DNA of 64,000 nucleotides from Candidatus Zixiibacteriota bacterium. GTDB taxonomy: Bacteria; Zixibacteria; MSB-5A5; GN15; PGXB01. Shown here one piece after another: positions 9,778 through 19,165 of this stretch. Within the stretch, counting starts at the first letter, position 1. Each line of letters starts with the position of its first letter. Both the position numbers and the translations under genes were made by a program. The stretch is taken from the NCBI GenBank assembly GCA_032123495.1, contig JAQBFG010000068.1:4168-68167 (forward strand), read 5' to 3'. The notes beneath the pieces are model-generated. The model made no database searches, was not told where the DNA came from, and saw nothing but the letters and a program-made list of their open reading frames with translations.

Positions 9778-10332
9778 TCAGGAGAAATCTGGTTTGATCG
9801 GTTTTCTTTCTTCTTCCGCTTCAATTTCAAAAAACTCTTTCGGTTGAAATCCAAAAGTTGATGCAATAATCACCGAAGGAAAGGTTTCGGTTGAAGTATT
9901 ATAATCACGGACAACGGCGTTATAATATCTCCGTGCAGATTCAATACTTTCTTCCAGCTCCTGAAACTGTCCCTGCAGTCGCAGAAAATTATCATTCGCT
10001 TTTAATTCCGGATAGGCCTCGGCGACCGCAAACAGGCTTTTGAGAGTATTACTCAGCATATTTGATGATTGGGCCAATTCACCCGGTTTTCCGCCCTGCA
10101 TTCCTAATGCTCTCGCTTCCGTCACTTTTTCAAAGACCCCTGATTCATGTTTGGCATACGCCTTGACCGTTTCAACCAGACTCGGAACCAAATTGAATCG
10201 TTTTTTTAGTTGGACATCAATATCGGACCATGACGAACGGGCCGTATTTCTTAGACGAACCAATTTGTTGTAAATTACCGCGATACCAACCAGAACAATA
10301 ATTACCAGTGATAAGATAATAATTGAGATCAT
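9778..10332 (-). CDS. lemA: LemA family protein
   Basis: 184 aa with a single N-terminal TM, then YNKLVRLRN...W.DIDVQLKRR..L.P.LV..VK.Y..HE...F..V...R and AYPELKAN..F..LQ..L...E..I...R..YN..V..YN. This is the typical LemA signature. Confidence 0.85.
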   Translation of the reverse strand: MISIIILSLVIIVLVGIAVIYNKLVRLRNTARSSWSDIDVQLKKRFNLVPSLVETVKAYAKHESGVFEKVTEARALGMQGGKPGELAQSSNMLSNTLKSLFAVAEAYPELKANDNFLRLQGQFQELEESIESARRYYNAVVRDYNTSTETFPSVIIASTFGFQPKEFFEIEAEEERKPIKPDFS

Positions 10333-10442
10333 TTAAAATACTCCTGTAATGAATCGTTATAAAATATACTATAGGATGCGGGCAGTATTCAGTCAATATA
10401 TAAAAATTGTAGATATTTTAATATTTGGCAGCCCAACTAAAT

Positions 10443-10470
10443 AAAAAAGGCAGGTGCAAAAACACCTGCC
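10443..10470 (-). terminator. Rho-independent terminator after the STAS gene
   Basis: GGCAGGTG-6 nt-CACCTGCC (8-bp stem), flanked on the + strand by AAAAAA, which is a U-tract on the - strand. It lies 24 nt beyond the stop at 10494. Confidence 0.65.
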
Positions 10471-10493
10471 TTTAAAACTAATGATATCTCAGA

Positions 10494-10832
10494 TTACTCA
10501 AAAGCCGCGAGAGCCTCATCGACTGTATCGTACGCCTTAAAAATAGTTATCAGTCTGGTAATGGTCAAAAGCGATTCAATCGACTGGGTGACATTGGCCA
10601 GTTTAAGTTCACCTTTGGCGTTTTTCACGGTGGTCATCGCCGAGATAAGCATACCGAGTCCAACCGAACTCATCCATTCGACTTTTCCCAGGTCGATCAC
10701 GATTTTTTTCGTTCCGCCATCGATAAACTCATGCAGTTTACCATGAAAGATGGTCGCATCCGGGCCGCCCATCACTTTGCCCTCAAGGGCGATGATAACT
10801 TTATCATCCTTTACGGTATCGGAAATCTTCAT
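10494..10832 (-). CDS. STAS-domain protein (anti-sigma-factor antagonist, SpoIIAA-like)
   Basis: 112 aa. IIALEGKVMGGPDA..FHGKLHEFIDGGTKKIVIDLGKVEWMSSVGLGMLISAMTTVKNAKGELKLANV matches the STAS fold pattern, including the conserved S in SSVGLG. Confidence 0.8.
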   Translation of the reverse strand: MKISDTVKDDKVIIALEGKVMGGPDATIFHGKLHEFIDGGTKKIVIDLGKVEWMSSVGLGMLISAMTTVKNAKGELKLANVTQSIESLLTITRLITIFKAYDTVDEALAAFE

Positions 10833-10946
10833 CTTTTACTCCGATTTATATTGGTGTTAATTTTTTACTATTTATACTTCTCTCTCTGACGAATATACGG
10901 TTTTAAAGGTCAAAAAATCAAGAGAGAAAATGTTCAATTATATTAA

Positions 10947-11192
10947 TTACTGATTTAACAGCTTAAAATATTTTTCGCGATCCTCTTTTTTTACATTACT
11001 TGTCGGAATATCAAGCACTTCGGCGGAAATCATCCGTTTTCCACCGATTTTTATAATATCGCTTATTTTTATCTCATAGGACGCTTTTACCGTTTTCCCA
11101 TTGATATCCACCAATCCGCAGGTGGTTAGCTCTTTGGCCAATGCCCTTCTTTTTAACAAACCCACTTTTGACAGATATAAATCAAGCCGCAT
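10947..11192 (-). CDS. S4-domain RNA-binding protein (Hsp15/YabO-like)
   Basis: 81 aa. MRLDLYLSKVGLLKRRALAKELTTCGLVDINGKTVKASYEIKISDII is the S4 alpha-L motif. Confidence 0.7.
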   Translation of the reverse strand: MRLDLYLSKVGLLKRRALAKELTTCGLVDINGKTVKASYEIKISDIIKIGGKRMISAEVLDIPTSNVKKEDREKYFKLLNQ

Positions 11193-11208
11193 AAAAATTA
11201 TAACCTAT

Positions 11209-12543
11209 TTATAAAGGACGAATCTCGACATACACTTTTTCTTTAAGCTCTTCAAGCCAGTTATCAACAAACTCGCCGGTTTTCTCCTGACGTGCCATCT
11301 CCTTGATTCGGTCGAAATCCTTGTCGAGAGTTACTTCACGCTCTTCCTGACGATCCAATAATTTCAATATATGGAGACCATATTCTGACATCACCGGACC
11401 ATCCAGATCACCCTGATTTTGCAGCTTCGCCGCGCTTTGGGCAAACTCTGCTGGTAAATTGGAGATCGCAAACCAACCTAACTCGCCACCCTGCGCTCGG
11501 GATTCATCGTCAGCCGATAAGACCTTGGCAATTTCGCGGAAATCGGCACCAGCTTTTATTTCATTTAGTAGTGAGTCTACTAAATTATAACTGAGCGACG
11601 AATCAAATGCTGTTGGAGTAACTTCGAAAAGTATTTGACGCAGATGTGACTTTTCACCCCGTTTCTCCTCACATTTAATTATATGCAGTCCATACATGGT
11701 CCTGACCACGCCAGAGATATCACCCGGTTCAAGATTAAAGGCAACCCGCCCAAACTCAGGCACGACGTCATCTTTGGATAAAAATCCTAAATCGCCACCG
11801 GTCATAGCACCAGGACCATCAGAGTAGGTAATTGCCAGAGTGGCAAAATCGGCTCCTCCGGCAGTATTTTTCCTGACCGCTTCGGCGATTTGCCGAATCG
11901 AATCTACGGTTCCACCTGATGGTTGAAAAGTTATTAGAATATGCGCCAGTCGGACTGCCTCCGGTTGATCGGCAATTGAATCTTTGTATATCTCATAAAA
12001 ATCCTGAACCTGCTTGTTCGAGATGGCAATATTTGATAATTTTTTGCTAATCAATTGCTGTTTGAGAAGTTGATTTTCGATTTCGGGGCGAAGTTTCTTT
12101 TTAAAAGCACGAACGGTCATGCCTTCGCGAGATAACTCTTCCAGAAAAACTTCTTCGGACGGAAACTGTTGAATTAGATTATTTAAATGATCCTCGACAC
12201 CCAATTCAATTTGTTCACTGGTAACAGCGATCATAGTGTCCTTACGAGCCTCGGCCAGCATCAATCGTTCGGAAATCAGGTCATTAAGGATCTGAATCTG
12301 AAATTCGGTCAGCTCAGATTCATTTTTTGGCCGGATCCCTCGCTGAATAGCCATCAACTGTATCTGAGCAGCCAACTCCGAAGCAAGAATCGGGTCATTG
12401 CCAACAATTGCAACAATCTTCTCAATCGGCTCACCAGCATAAGAATTATTATTGATACCCAACAGTATTAATACCACAAATAAGAATACAAGTCCCGCCG
12501 AAACAGAATGGAAGAAACTGTTAGAACTAATTTGTCTGCTCAT
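11209..12543 (-). CDS. SurA-like periplasmic chaperone / peptidyl-prolyl isomerase (two parvulin domains)
   Basis: 444 aa with a signal sequence and a SurA_N-like helical region. There are two PpiC-type modules (GGDLGFLSKDDVVPEF...MYGLHIIKCEEK and GGELGWFAISNLPAEF...EYGLHILKLLDR). Confidence 0.75.
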   Translation of the reverse strand: MSRQISSNSFFHSVSAGLVFLFVVLILLGINNNSYAGEPIEKIVAIVGNDPILASELAAQIQLMAIQRGIRPKNESELTEFQIQILNDLISERLMLAEARKDTMIAVTSEQIELGVEDHLNNLIQQFPSEEVFLEELSREGMTVRAFKKKLRPEIENQLLKQQLISKKLSNIAISNKQVQDFYEIYKDSIADQPEAVRLAHILITFQPSGGTVDSIRQIAEAVRKNTAGGADFATLAITYSDGPGAMTGGDLGFLSKDDVVPEFGRVAFNLEPGDISGVVRTMYGLHIIKCEEKRGEKSHLRQILFEVTPTAFDSSLSYNLVDSLLNEIKAGADFREIAKVLSADDESRAQGGELGWFAISNLPAEFAQSAAKLQNQGDLDGPVMSEYGLHILKLLDRQEEREVTLDKDFDRIKEMARQEKTGEFVDNWLEELKEKVYVEIRPL

Positions 12544-14254
12544 ATTTTGCCTTATTTATTCCGGGTCTCAAATTATTTTCATAAATTTTAATTGTCGTCT
12601 CTTGTTTCTTTGCCTCAACCCAACTGGCCAAAGCACTCTGTTTCCTTTCCGCACCCATATTCGCCTGAATTGATTGCTTGGCCTGTTGATACTCCTGAAT
12701 TTCGGCCGGCTTTTTATCAGCAACATAAACAATTGCGAACTTATCATTTCTTCTAACCGGTCCGGCTATTTGACCAACCGAAACCTGATCGGCGGCATTA
12801 TATATTAACTCGTTGGTTCGCTGCTCAATATAATTCATATCACCTTCTCGTTCCCTGTAGTTGGGCCGTTCAGTGACTTTGCTGGCGACTTCTCTGAATT
12901 TTGTTAGAGATTTTATTTCATTTTTGTATTTTATCGCTTCTTGTTCAGAGGAAAGCAGTATTTCGTAAATGTGAATTTTGGCCGGTATTTCAAACAATTC
13001 GATATTATCATCATAATACTGTTTCAATTCTTCATCAGTTACCGGATTAATAATCGGGATCGAATCATTTTCGACTATGACAGCCATGGTTAATTCTCTA
13101 AACCTTTTTATTTTCCGTTTGTATTCAGGATCATCCTCAATACCTTTTCGCCTAGCCTCGGCCGCCAACAGATCCATAACATTTTGGAGGAAAATAAATT
13201 TCTCCATTTTTTCATAATCATCAAGGTCCGGTCTGACTTCGGCTCTCTGTTGCTTAATCATGGTCAAATACTGTCCCAAAGTCATCTGTCCACCTTCCCA
13301 GGTTGCCAGAATCAGTTCTTTTTCATGGCGATCAAGCTGCCTTAAATCAAAATCATTTTTTGGCATTGATTCAAGAAGTTGTTGGGGATACAGATTATCC
13401 CGCTTATGAATAACATATTCAATCGTCGCTTCTTCAATAGTAATAGGCGATTTATTCTCAATTACCGTTAAAAACGAATCCATTAATTGTCCACGATAAC
13501 TGTTTTTAACCGATTCTTCTAAAAATTCCTGCATCAATTCAAAGCTTTTTCTTTCATCATTGGGAATTCGATCTTCGACTTTAGCAATATGCCAGCCAAA
13601 GTTGGTTTTAAACGGCCTGGAGATTTCTCCGGGAGCCAAATTAAATATCGCTTCCGAAAATGGCATAACCAACTGACCCCAAACAGCATAATCAAGCTCT
13701 CCCCGGTTTTGTTTAACCAAAGGATCAATAGAATGATTAATGGCCATCTCACCAAAATCGGCGCCGCTGTTAAGACTGTCAAATATTATTAACGCCGTTT
13801 CTTCATCTTCAAATAAAATATGAGATGACATCACTTTGTATTCAAGACTATCATAAAGCGCCCGAACCTCTTGTTCGTCGAACGAAATATGATCCTCAAT
13901 TTCTCTTAAGTAAAGAACATCAAGCAAAAATTCGTTCTTATTGTTCAATACCAGTCGGTTAACCTCCTCAGAGGCATCAAGCCCCAATCGGTAAGCCTCC
14001 TGAATCAATAGCTGTTGAACTATCAAACTATCAAGAATTGACCGGCGAAAAGTAAGTTCGTCCTCAAAAGAATCAAAAGGCTGAGTCTGCCGTTCAAATA
14101 TCTCATTGAGATTAATCGCTTGTATTTTGTCCGGTCCGACCTCGGCCAGAAGAAGGTTATTATCATCGCCGCCACAACCGACAAAAAGTGATCCTGTAAC
14201 GGCTAAAGTGGCCATAAAGGCCAGAAAAATAATATTCTTTTGCAGTTGCTTCAT
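12527..14254 (-). CDS. PpiD/PrsA-like lipoprotein foldase with one parvulin domain
   Basis: 575 aa with a lipobox-like LFVGCGG. One PpiC module is present (NRGELDYAVWGQLVMPF...NFGWHIAKVEDR), flanked by long helical chaperone-like regions. It overlaps the next gene by 17 nt. Confidence 0.65.
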   Translation of the reverse strand: MKQLQKNIIFLAFMATLAVTGSLFVGCGGDDNNLLLAEVGPDKIQAINLNEIFERQTQPFDSFEDELTFRRSILDSLIVQQLLIQEAYRLGLDASEEVNRLVLNNKNEFLLDVLYLREIEDHISFDEQEVRALYDSLEYKVMSSHILFEDEETALIIFDSLNSGADFGEMAINHSIDPLVKQNRGELDYAVWGQLVMPFSEAIFNLAPGEISRPFKTNFGWHIAKVEDRIPNDERKSFELMQEFLEESVKNSYRGQLMDSFLTVIENKSPITIEEATIEYVIHKRDNLYPQQLLESMPKNDFDLRQLDRHEKELILATWEGGQMTLGQYLTMIKQQRAEVRPDLDDYEKMEKFIFLQNVMDLLAAEARRKGIEDDPEYKRKIKRFRELTMAVIVENDSIPIINPVTDEELKQYYDDNIELFEIPAKIHIYEILLSSEQEAIKYKNEIKSLTKFREVASKVTERPNYREREGDMNYIEQRTNELIYNAADQVSVGQIAGPVRRNDKFAIVYVADKKPAEIQEYQQAKQSIQANMGAERKQSALASWVEAKKQETTIKIYENNLRPGINKAKYEQTN

Positions 14255-14513
14255 ACTTATACTTCCTCTTTTATCTATTTACTGTCTATTCTTATACCTG
14301 CGGACAATATGTTCGTTCCTATATTTTGATTCAAAGTTAAGACAGGAATAATACCGCGTCCTGGACGGTTAGGCAAGCAGTTTCTGGTTGAATATATTGA
14401 TAAGGGTGGGAACATAATATTTAATGAATTCCAATAAATACTTGCTTAATTTCTTAACGTGCTATACTTTCAGAATTTATTAATATTTGTTATTGTTAAT
14501 GAGGAGTTTTTCT

Positions 14514-15872
14514 ATGACCAGAATTCTAACGACCCGAAGAATTTTTGTTGGAATTGTTGTTACTCTTGGATACTTAATATATAATTTTGCCTTTGCAACC
14601 GCAGGCGAAACAGGGGAAGCGGCCGGGCATGGCGGCGAAGTAGCCGATGTTTTACTTGGTCTCATTATTATTCTACTGGCCGCCAAATTGGGCGGTGACT
14701 TTTTCGAACGATTTAAACAACCGGCCGTTCTGGGAGAATTAATAATCGGGATGCTAATCGGCAATTTGGTGTTGGTTGGACCGGATATTTTCGAACCTTT
14801 TAAACACAGTCTGACCCTTGATGTTCTGGCCGAGATCGGCGTTATTATTCTGCTTTTTGAAGTAGGTTTGGAATCGTCGCTTCAGGAAATGCTAAAAGTC
14901 GGTGTCGCCTCATTTATGGTGGCAACTTTTGGTGTTGTCGCGCCGTTTTTCCTCGGTTGGGGTGTCGCTCTTTTCTTCCTTCCTGAAGCATCTATTTATG
15001 TTCATATTTTTGTCGGAGCGACTTTGACGGCAACCTCGGTCGGTATCACTGCCAGAGTCCTAAAAGATATCGGTAAAATTCGCACCCGCGAGGCCAAAAT
15101 CATTCTGGGTGCAGCTGTAATCGATGATATTATGGGTCTGATAATTCTGGCCGTCGTGGTTGGTATAATAAATGCCGCCAACACTGGAGGTGCCAGTGTA
15201 GGCTCGCTGGATGTCTTTATAATTGTTGCCAAGGCACTTGGGTTTGTAATTGGGTCGATACTTATCGGTAACCTGATGATGCCGCAGATCTTTAAATTTG
15301 GCAGTAAATTCAAGGTCTCCGGGATATTATTATCAACAGCATTGTTAGTCTGTTTTCTGATGGCTTATCTGGCCAGTTTGATCGGTTTGGCCCCAATTGT
15401 AGGTGCTTTTGCCGCCGGACTGATTCTTGATAAGGTCCAATATAAAGATTTCACCGATCGCGGAGAGCACTCAATCGATGAGTTGGTGTCACCAATTGGT
15501 GTCTTTTTAATTCCTATTTTCTTTGTCAAGATGGGAATGATGGTTGACCTGTCAACCTTTGGAAACACAAGCATTCTTGCTTTTGCCGGGGTGATGACAA
15601 TCGCGGCGATTGCCGGTAAACAGGTCTGTTCTTTGGCTATCTTTGATAAATCAATAAATAAAATCTCTATCGGTCTGGGAATGATTCCCCGTGGAGAGGT
15701 CGGTTTGATTTTTGCCGGCATAGGGGCCAAATTGGTCCTCGATAATACACCGGTGATTAGCTCTGGCACTTACTCGGCAGTTGTAATTATGGTAATTGTC
15801 ACAACGCTGGTAACCCCGCCGCTGCTGAAAATGTCATTGCTTAAAGATGATAAAAAGAAGGCATCTGCCTGA
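14514..15872 (+). CDS. Cation:proton antiporter (CPA2/Kef-NapA type)
   Basis: The ORF track start is 14487. The ATG at 14514 is preceded by GAGGAG. The protein has about 12 TM helices with CPA motifs (QPAVLGELIIGMLIGN, FEVGLES, TATSVGITARVL, DDIMGLIILAV, MIPRGEVGLIFA). Confidence 0.8.
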   Translation: MTRILTTRRIFVGIVVTLGYLIYNFAFATAGETGEAAGHGGEVADVLLGLIIILLAAKLGGDFFERFKQPAVLGELIIGMLIGNLVLVGPDIFEPFKHSLTLDVLAEIGVIILLFEVGLESSLQEMLKVGVASFMVATFGVVAPFFLGWGVALFFLPEASIYVHIFVGATLTATSVGITARVLKDIGKIRTREAKIILGAAVIDDIMGLIILAVVVGIINAANTGGASVGSLDVFIIVAKALGFVIGSILIGNLMMPQIFKFGSKFKVSGILLSTALLVCFLMAYLASLIGLAPIVGAFAAGLILDKVQYKDFTDRGEHSIDELVSPIGVFLIPIFFVKMGMMVDLSTFGNTSILAFAGVMTIAAIAGKQVCSLAIFDKSINKISIGLGMIPRGEVGLIFAGIGAKLVLDNTPVISSGTYSAVVIMVIVTTLVTPPLLKMSLLKDDKKKASA

Positions 15873-15918
15873 TTTTTAAAATAGTTGTTTTGCCACAGCT
15901 TCAATTTGAGAGGAAATT

Positions 15919-16767
15919 ATGAATTATTTCTTAGTTATAATTATGTTTATTTTTGTTTCATCTGTTCTTCCAGAGACGATTACAAAATCTAATACCTCTA
16001 AAATAAATCTATTTACAGATAAATATGAGTATGAGGTCTCAAATACTTCCTTTGAAGTCATACCCTATTACCCATTTGGCAACTCACGAAGGATGCTGAT
16101 CGAAGAAACAATAAGTAAAAAAGCACATGTATATGAAATGGGTGTTTCTGCACATATATCTATTAAGGCTTATGATTGTTTTGCCAACGACTCATTTAAT
16201 CTTTTATGGGAAATAAAAGAATTTGGTGAAGAATCTGAGTTTAAAGATAATATGGTTTCTTTTATATCTTATGGTTGCTGTGATGCACAATCTACATATA
16301 TCTATTATGATTTAGTTTCAGCAAAATACCTAATGCATACTACTGAACCAGCTAAAAGCTATTACGATTCAAAGGGAAAATCTCACATAATTGGATTCTA
16401 TTCACCTGAGGCAATTATTACTGACTCATTGTACCCTTACGCGGATAGCTTAGCTGGTGTTCTAAGGTTGATCACAGAAAATGATATTTCGTATGAACTT
16501 GTAATATATAAAACAAACGAAGATTATGAGATATTTCCCACATTGGATATTGTGGATCAAAGGGGAGATTCCTTGAAGAGCCCTTATTTTATTAAAAGGG
16601 AACCTAACAGAGCAATTTTATATTATGCTAACTCTAAAGAGAGCTCAATTTTAGATGTTATATTCTCACCAGTAAAGAAGTTAGAAATACCCTATAACTC
16701 AGACGGATTTTTAATTGATGAAATAGATGGTCCAGATGAATTATCTTTTATTCATTTAAAACGATAA
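15919..16767 (+). CDS. Hypothetical secreted protein (orphan)
   Basis: 282 aa with an N-terminal hydrophobic signal. No motif I recognise. Visibly more AT-rich than its neighbours. Confidence 0.5.
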   Translation: MNYFLVIIMFIFVSSVLPETITKSNTSKINLFTDKYEYEVSNTSFEVIPYYPFGNSRRMLIEETISKKAHVYEMGVSAHISIKAYDCFANDSFNLLWEIKEFGEESEFKDNMVSFISYGCCDAQSTYIYYDLVSAKYLMHTTEPAKSYYDSKGKSHIIGFYSPEAIITDSLYPYADSLAGVLRLITENDISYELVIYKTNEDYEIFPTLDIVDQRGDSLKSPYFIKREPNRAILYYANSKESSILDVIFSPVKKLEIPYNSDGFLIDEIDGPDELSFIHLKR

Positions 16768-16783
16768 TAGTCTGGGCGGGTTA

Positions 16784-16840
16784 CCCACAGCTTGTTATAA
16801 GTCCTGAGATAAACGAAGGGCTGTGGGAATTTTTCTTTTT
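16784..16840 (+). terminator. Long imperfect hairpin plus T-run after the orphan gene
   Basis: CCCACAGC (16784-16791) pairs with GCTGTGGG (16820-16827). It is followed by AATTTTTCTTTTT and preceded by GGGTTAC, which resembles the GTARCCCACC hairpin family. Confidence 0.4.
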
Positions 16841-16873
16841 GATTCTAAATTTTTTATGAGCCACGCCGACACG

Positions 16874-19036
16874 CTACTTTTGCCATTTCTGAATTTCCGG
16901 GATATAGCCACTATCAATATCTATTCCAACCCCGAAATTATTGTTCCCATAAGTGCTATCGGTTTTGGCCGGAGCAAACCAAACGGCATTGTTTTTGGCG
17001 TTCGGATGACTCTCTTCCATATATTTTTCACTATCTTCATAAGTTAAATAGAGATCAGTTCCGCCAATATCAATCAGGCAGCCGAGCGATTTGACATAAT
17101 ATGTGTAAGGTGCAAGTTTTCTCGGTTTTGCAAAATCAGAGCGATATGAAGCCTGACCAAGACCATCGGTTCCGACTCCGAGCCGATACTGATCATCTCC
17201 GCCGATATCAATTAGAAATGCAAAGGAGCGAATCTGCGCCAGTCCCATCGAAATCATTTTTGCTTTATATATATCGTTACCGCCAATATTTATTAATAAT
17301 GAATTGGTAAAATCCCAGCCAAACCCTAAAGCAGCCCCGGCGGTTTCGTAAAGCTCATGATTATCATCGCCGCCCTCATCAATTAAAATAGCATTACAGA
17401 AATGCGCTCCCGACCCTTGCGTAAAATAGCATGACTCATAGCGGTCATTCCCATTTCGGTCATAGGCGATTCCGGTGGCAAACCAGTATGAACACCCGAG
17501 CGACCAGTTACCGGAAAGATAATGGTCATTACCGGAGATATCAATTATGGCACCGAGACCTCCCGCCCAGGAATGTCCATCGCTGCCATCGCCACGCCGA
17601 CCGCCACCATACCCCTGAACATTACTGAGGTTGATATTGAATTTGGAATGATAGTCAGGACGACTAAATACATTTGGATCCGGCTCACCTTTATAATAGT
17701 CATCACCGGCATAATCGGCCAAAACGCCAATACCTCCGCCAACGCCGCCACATCCCTGGCCATCGCCAAAGATATAATAATTATCGGAGCCGTCGGCATC
17801 GAAACAAAGACCTATTCCAAAATATCCGCACCCCTGTCCCGATAACTCAGCACGATATTTGTCGTCCCCCACTTTATCATAGAGCATCCCGACCCCAAAG
17901 AAGCCAAAACCTTGCGAGTAATTTTTGGTTTCATAGGTGTCATTTCCGGACTGATCGTATAAAAGCCCGATTCCCATCACGCCTGCTCCACAGGTTGAGA
18001 TATCCTGGTCTGTTCGGTAAATATCATCACCGCCCAGATCGATAAACATTGAAACCAGATTAGAAACCGAAGTTCCCCCGCAATTACCGGTAAAAACAGC
18101 ATCGTTGCCAAAATCAATAACCAGTAAGGTATTGTTACAATCGAAAGATTTGATTCTATTTTTTTTCAGATAATCTTTACCAAGAAAGACAATCCGGCCG
18201 GACGGTGTCGATAAATCAAAATAATAATCGGCCGGAATAGTGCCGTAGAAAATAAGCGAGTCAGCAGTCTCTTCGGCCAGCGCCGCTGTTTTGAGAGCCG
18301 CGTAATGAAGCGAAGCATAATCGATCTCCGCGGCGATATCATCTATTTCGGGATAATAAACGGTGCCGTCAGATTGAGTTTTCGCCAGATCACGAATATT
18401 AAAAATTTTCTGTTTTGATTCTTCACTGCAGTTGCGAAACGCTAGTTTCTGCCAATAAATTATATCAGCCAGATTATTAACTGCTTTGGCAAGAATCAAT
18501 TCTATTTCGGTAGAGATTTCATTGGCAAAATTTGTTATCTCTTTTTTATAATCGGGCCAATCAGCCTTTTCACCAAAAGTATAATACTCTGATGGTCGAC
18601 CAGCTGACTCAAACAGTTTCCCGAACGCCTTTTCAAGCGGATAAATAGAATCAGTAACCGGAATAAGATTTGCCGAATATGATCTGAATCCGCCCAGCTT
18701 ACGATCAACACCGAGCGAATATGCCAGGGCATAAAAAGATATTGAATTAGAATCAAGATAAGCCGGAGCCAGATACTTTTCGACTGCATCAGCCATAGTT
18801 TTACTGTAATCATACAACATCAGCGGTTCAGCAAAAAGATCATCAAACGATGTCAACCGATACGGTGTATCGAACGGAAAGCGATTCCAGTATCCTTTTT
18901 GTTGATAGCCAATATCTGATCTATTAAATCCGATTGAGTCAAGAACTATCTGAAGGATATCATTTGTGTCCTGCGCATTTGTTGACGAACAGCAAATAAT
19001 TATTACTGACAAAAAAAGACCGACCGTTTTAAGCAT
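16874..19036 (-). CDS. Secreted repeat protein with about 12 tandem ~26-aa D-x-x-G-x-D-x-Y / Q-G-x-G repeats (predicted beta-solenoid), family unknown
   Basis: 720 aa with a signal peptide (MLKTVGLFLSVIIICCSSTNAQ). Residues ~300-690 contain units such as MFIDLGGDDIYRTDQDISTCGAGVMGIG, LLYDQSGNDTYETKNYSQGFGFFGVG, MLYDKVGDDKYRAELSGQGCGYFGIG, AIIDISGNDHYLSG..., FLIDIGGDDQYRLG..., CLIDIGGTDLYLT. Confidence 0.6.
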   Translation of the reverse strand: MLKTVGLFLSVIIICCSSTNAQDTNDILQIVLDSIGFNRSDIGYQQKGYWNRFPFDTPYRLTSFDDLFAEPLMLYDYSKTMADAVEKYLAPAYLDSNSISFYALAYSLGVDRKLGGFRSYSANLIPVTDSIYPLEKAFGKLFESAGRPSEYYTFGEKADWPDYKKEITNFANEISTEIELILAKAVNNLADIIYWQKLAFRNCSEESKQKIFNIRDLAKTQSDGTVYYPEIDDIAAEIDYASLHYAALKTAALAEETADSLIFYGTIPADYYFDLSTPSGRIVFLGKDYLKKNRIKSFDCNNTLLVIDFGNDAVFTGNCGGTSVSNLVSMFIDLGGDDIYRTDQDISTCGAGVMGIGLLYDQSGNDTYETKNYSQGFGFFGVGMLYDKVGDDKYRAELSGQGCGYFGIGLCFDADGSDNYYIFGDGQGCGGVGGGIGVLADYAGDDYYKGEPDPNVFSRPDYHSKFNINLSNVQGYGGGRRGDGSDGHSWAGGLGAIIDISGNDHYLSGNWSLGCSYWFATGIAYDRNGNDRYESCYFTQGSGAHFCNAILIDEGGDDNHELYETAGAALGFGWDFTNSLLINIGGNDIYKAKMISMGLAQIRSFAFLIDIGGDDQYRLGVGTDGLGQASYRSDFAKPRKLAPYTYYVKSLGCLIDIGGTDLYLTYEDSEKYMEESHPNAKNNAVWFAPAKTDSTYGNNNFGVGIDIDSGYIPEIQKWQK

Positions 19037-19108
19037 CTTATATCCTTATGCTATAAATTTCCCATATTACTGTTCCGAAAAATAATAATCATTATATCAA
19101 CTGGCTAT

Positions 19109-19138
19109 AAAAAAACCCCGATTCAAATTGAATCGGGG
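19109..19138 (-). terminator. Rho-independent terminator after the basic repeat protein gene
   Basis: CCCCGATTC-5 nt-GAATCGGGG (9-bp stem), preceded on the + strand by AAAAAAA, which is a U-tract on the - strand. It lies 28 nt beyond the stop at 19166. Confidence 0.7.
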
Positions 19139-19165
19139 TTCAATATTAGAAGCTACAAATAAAAT

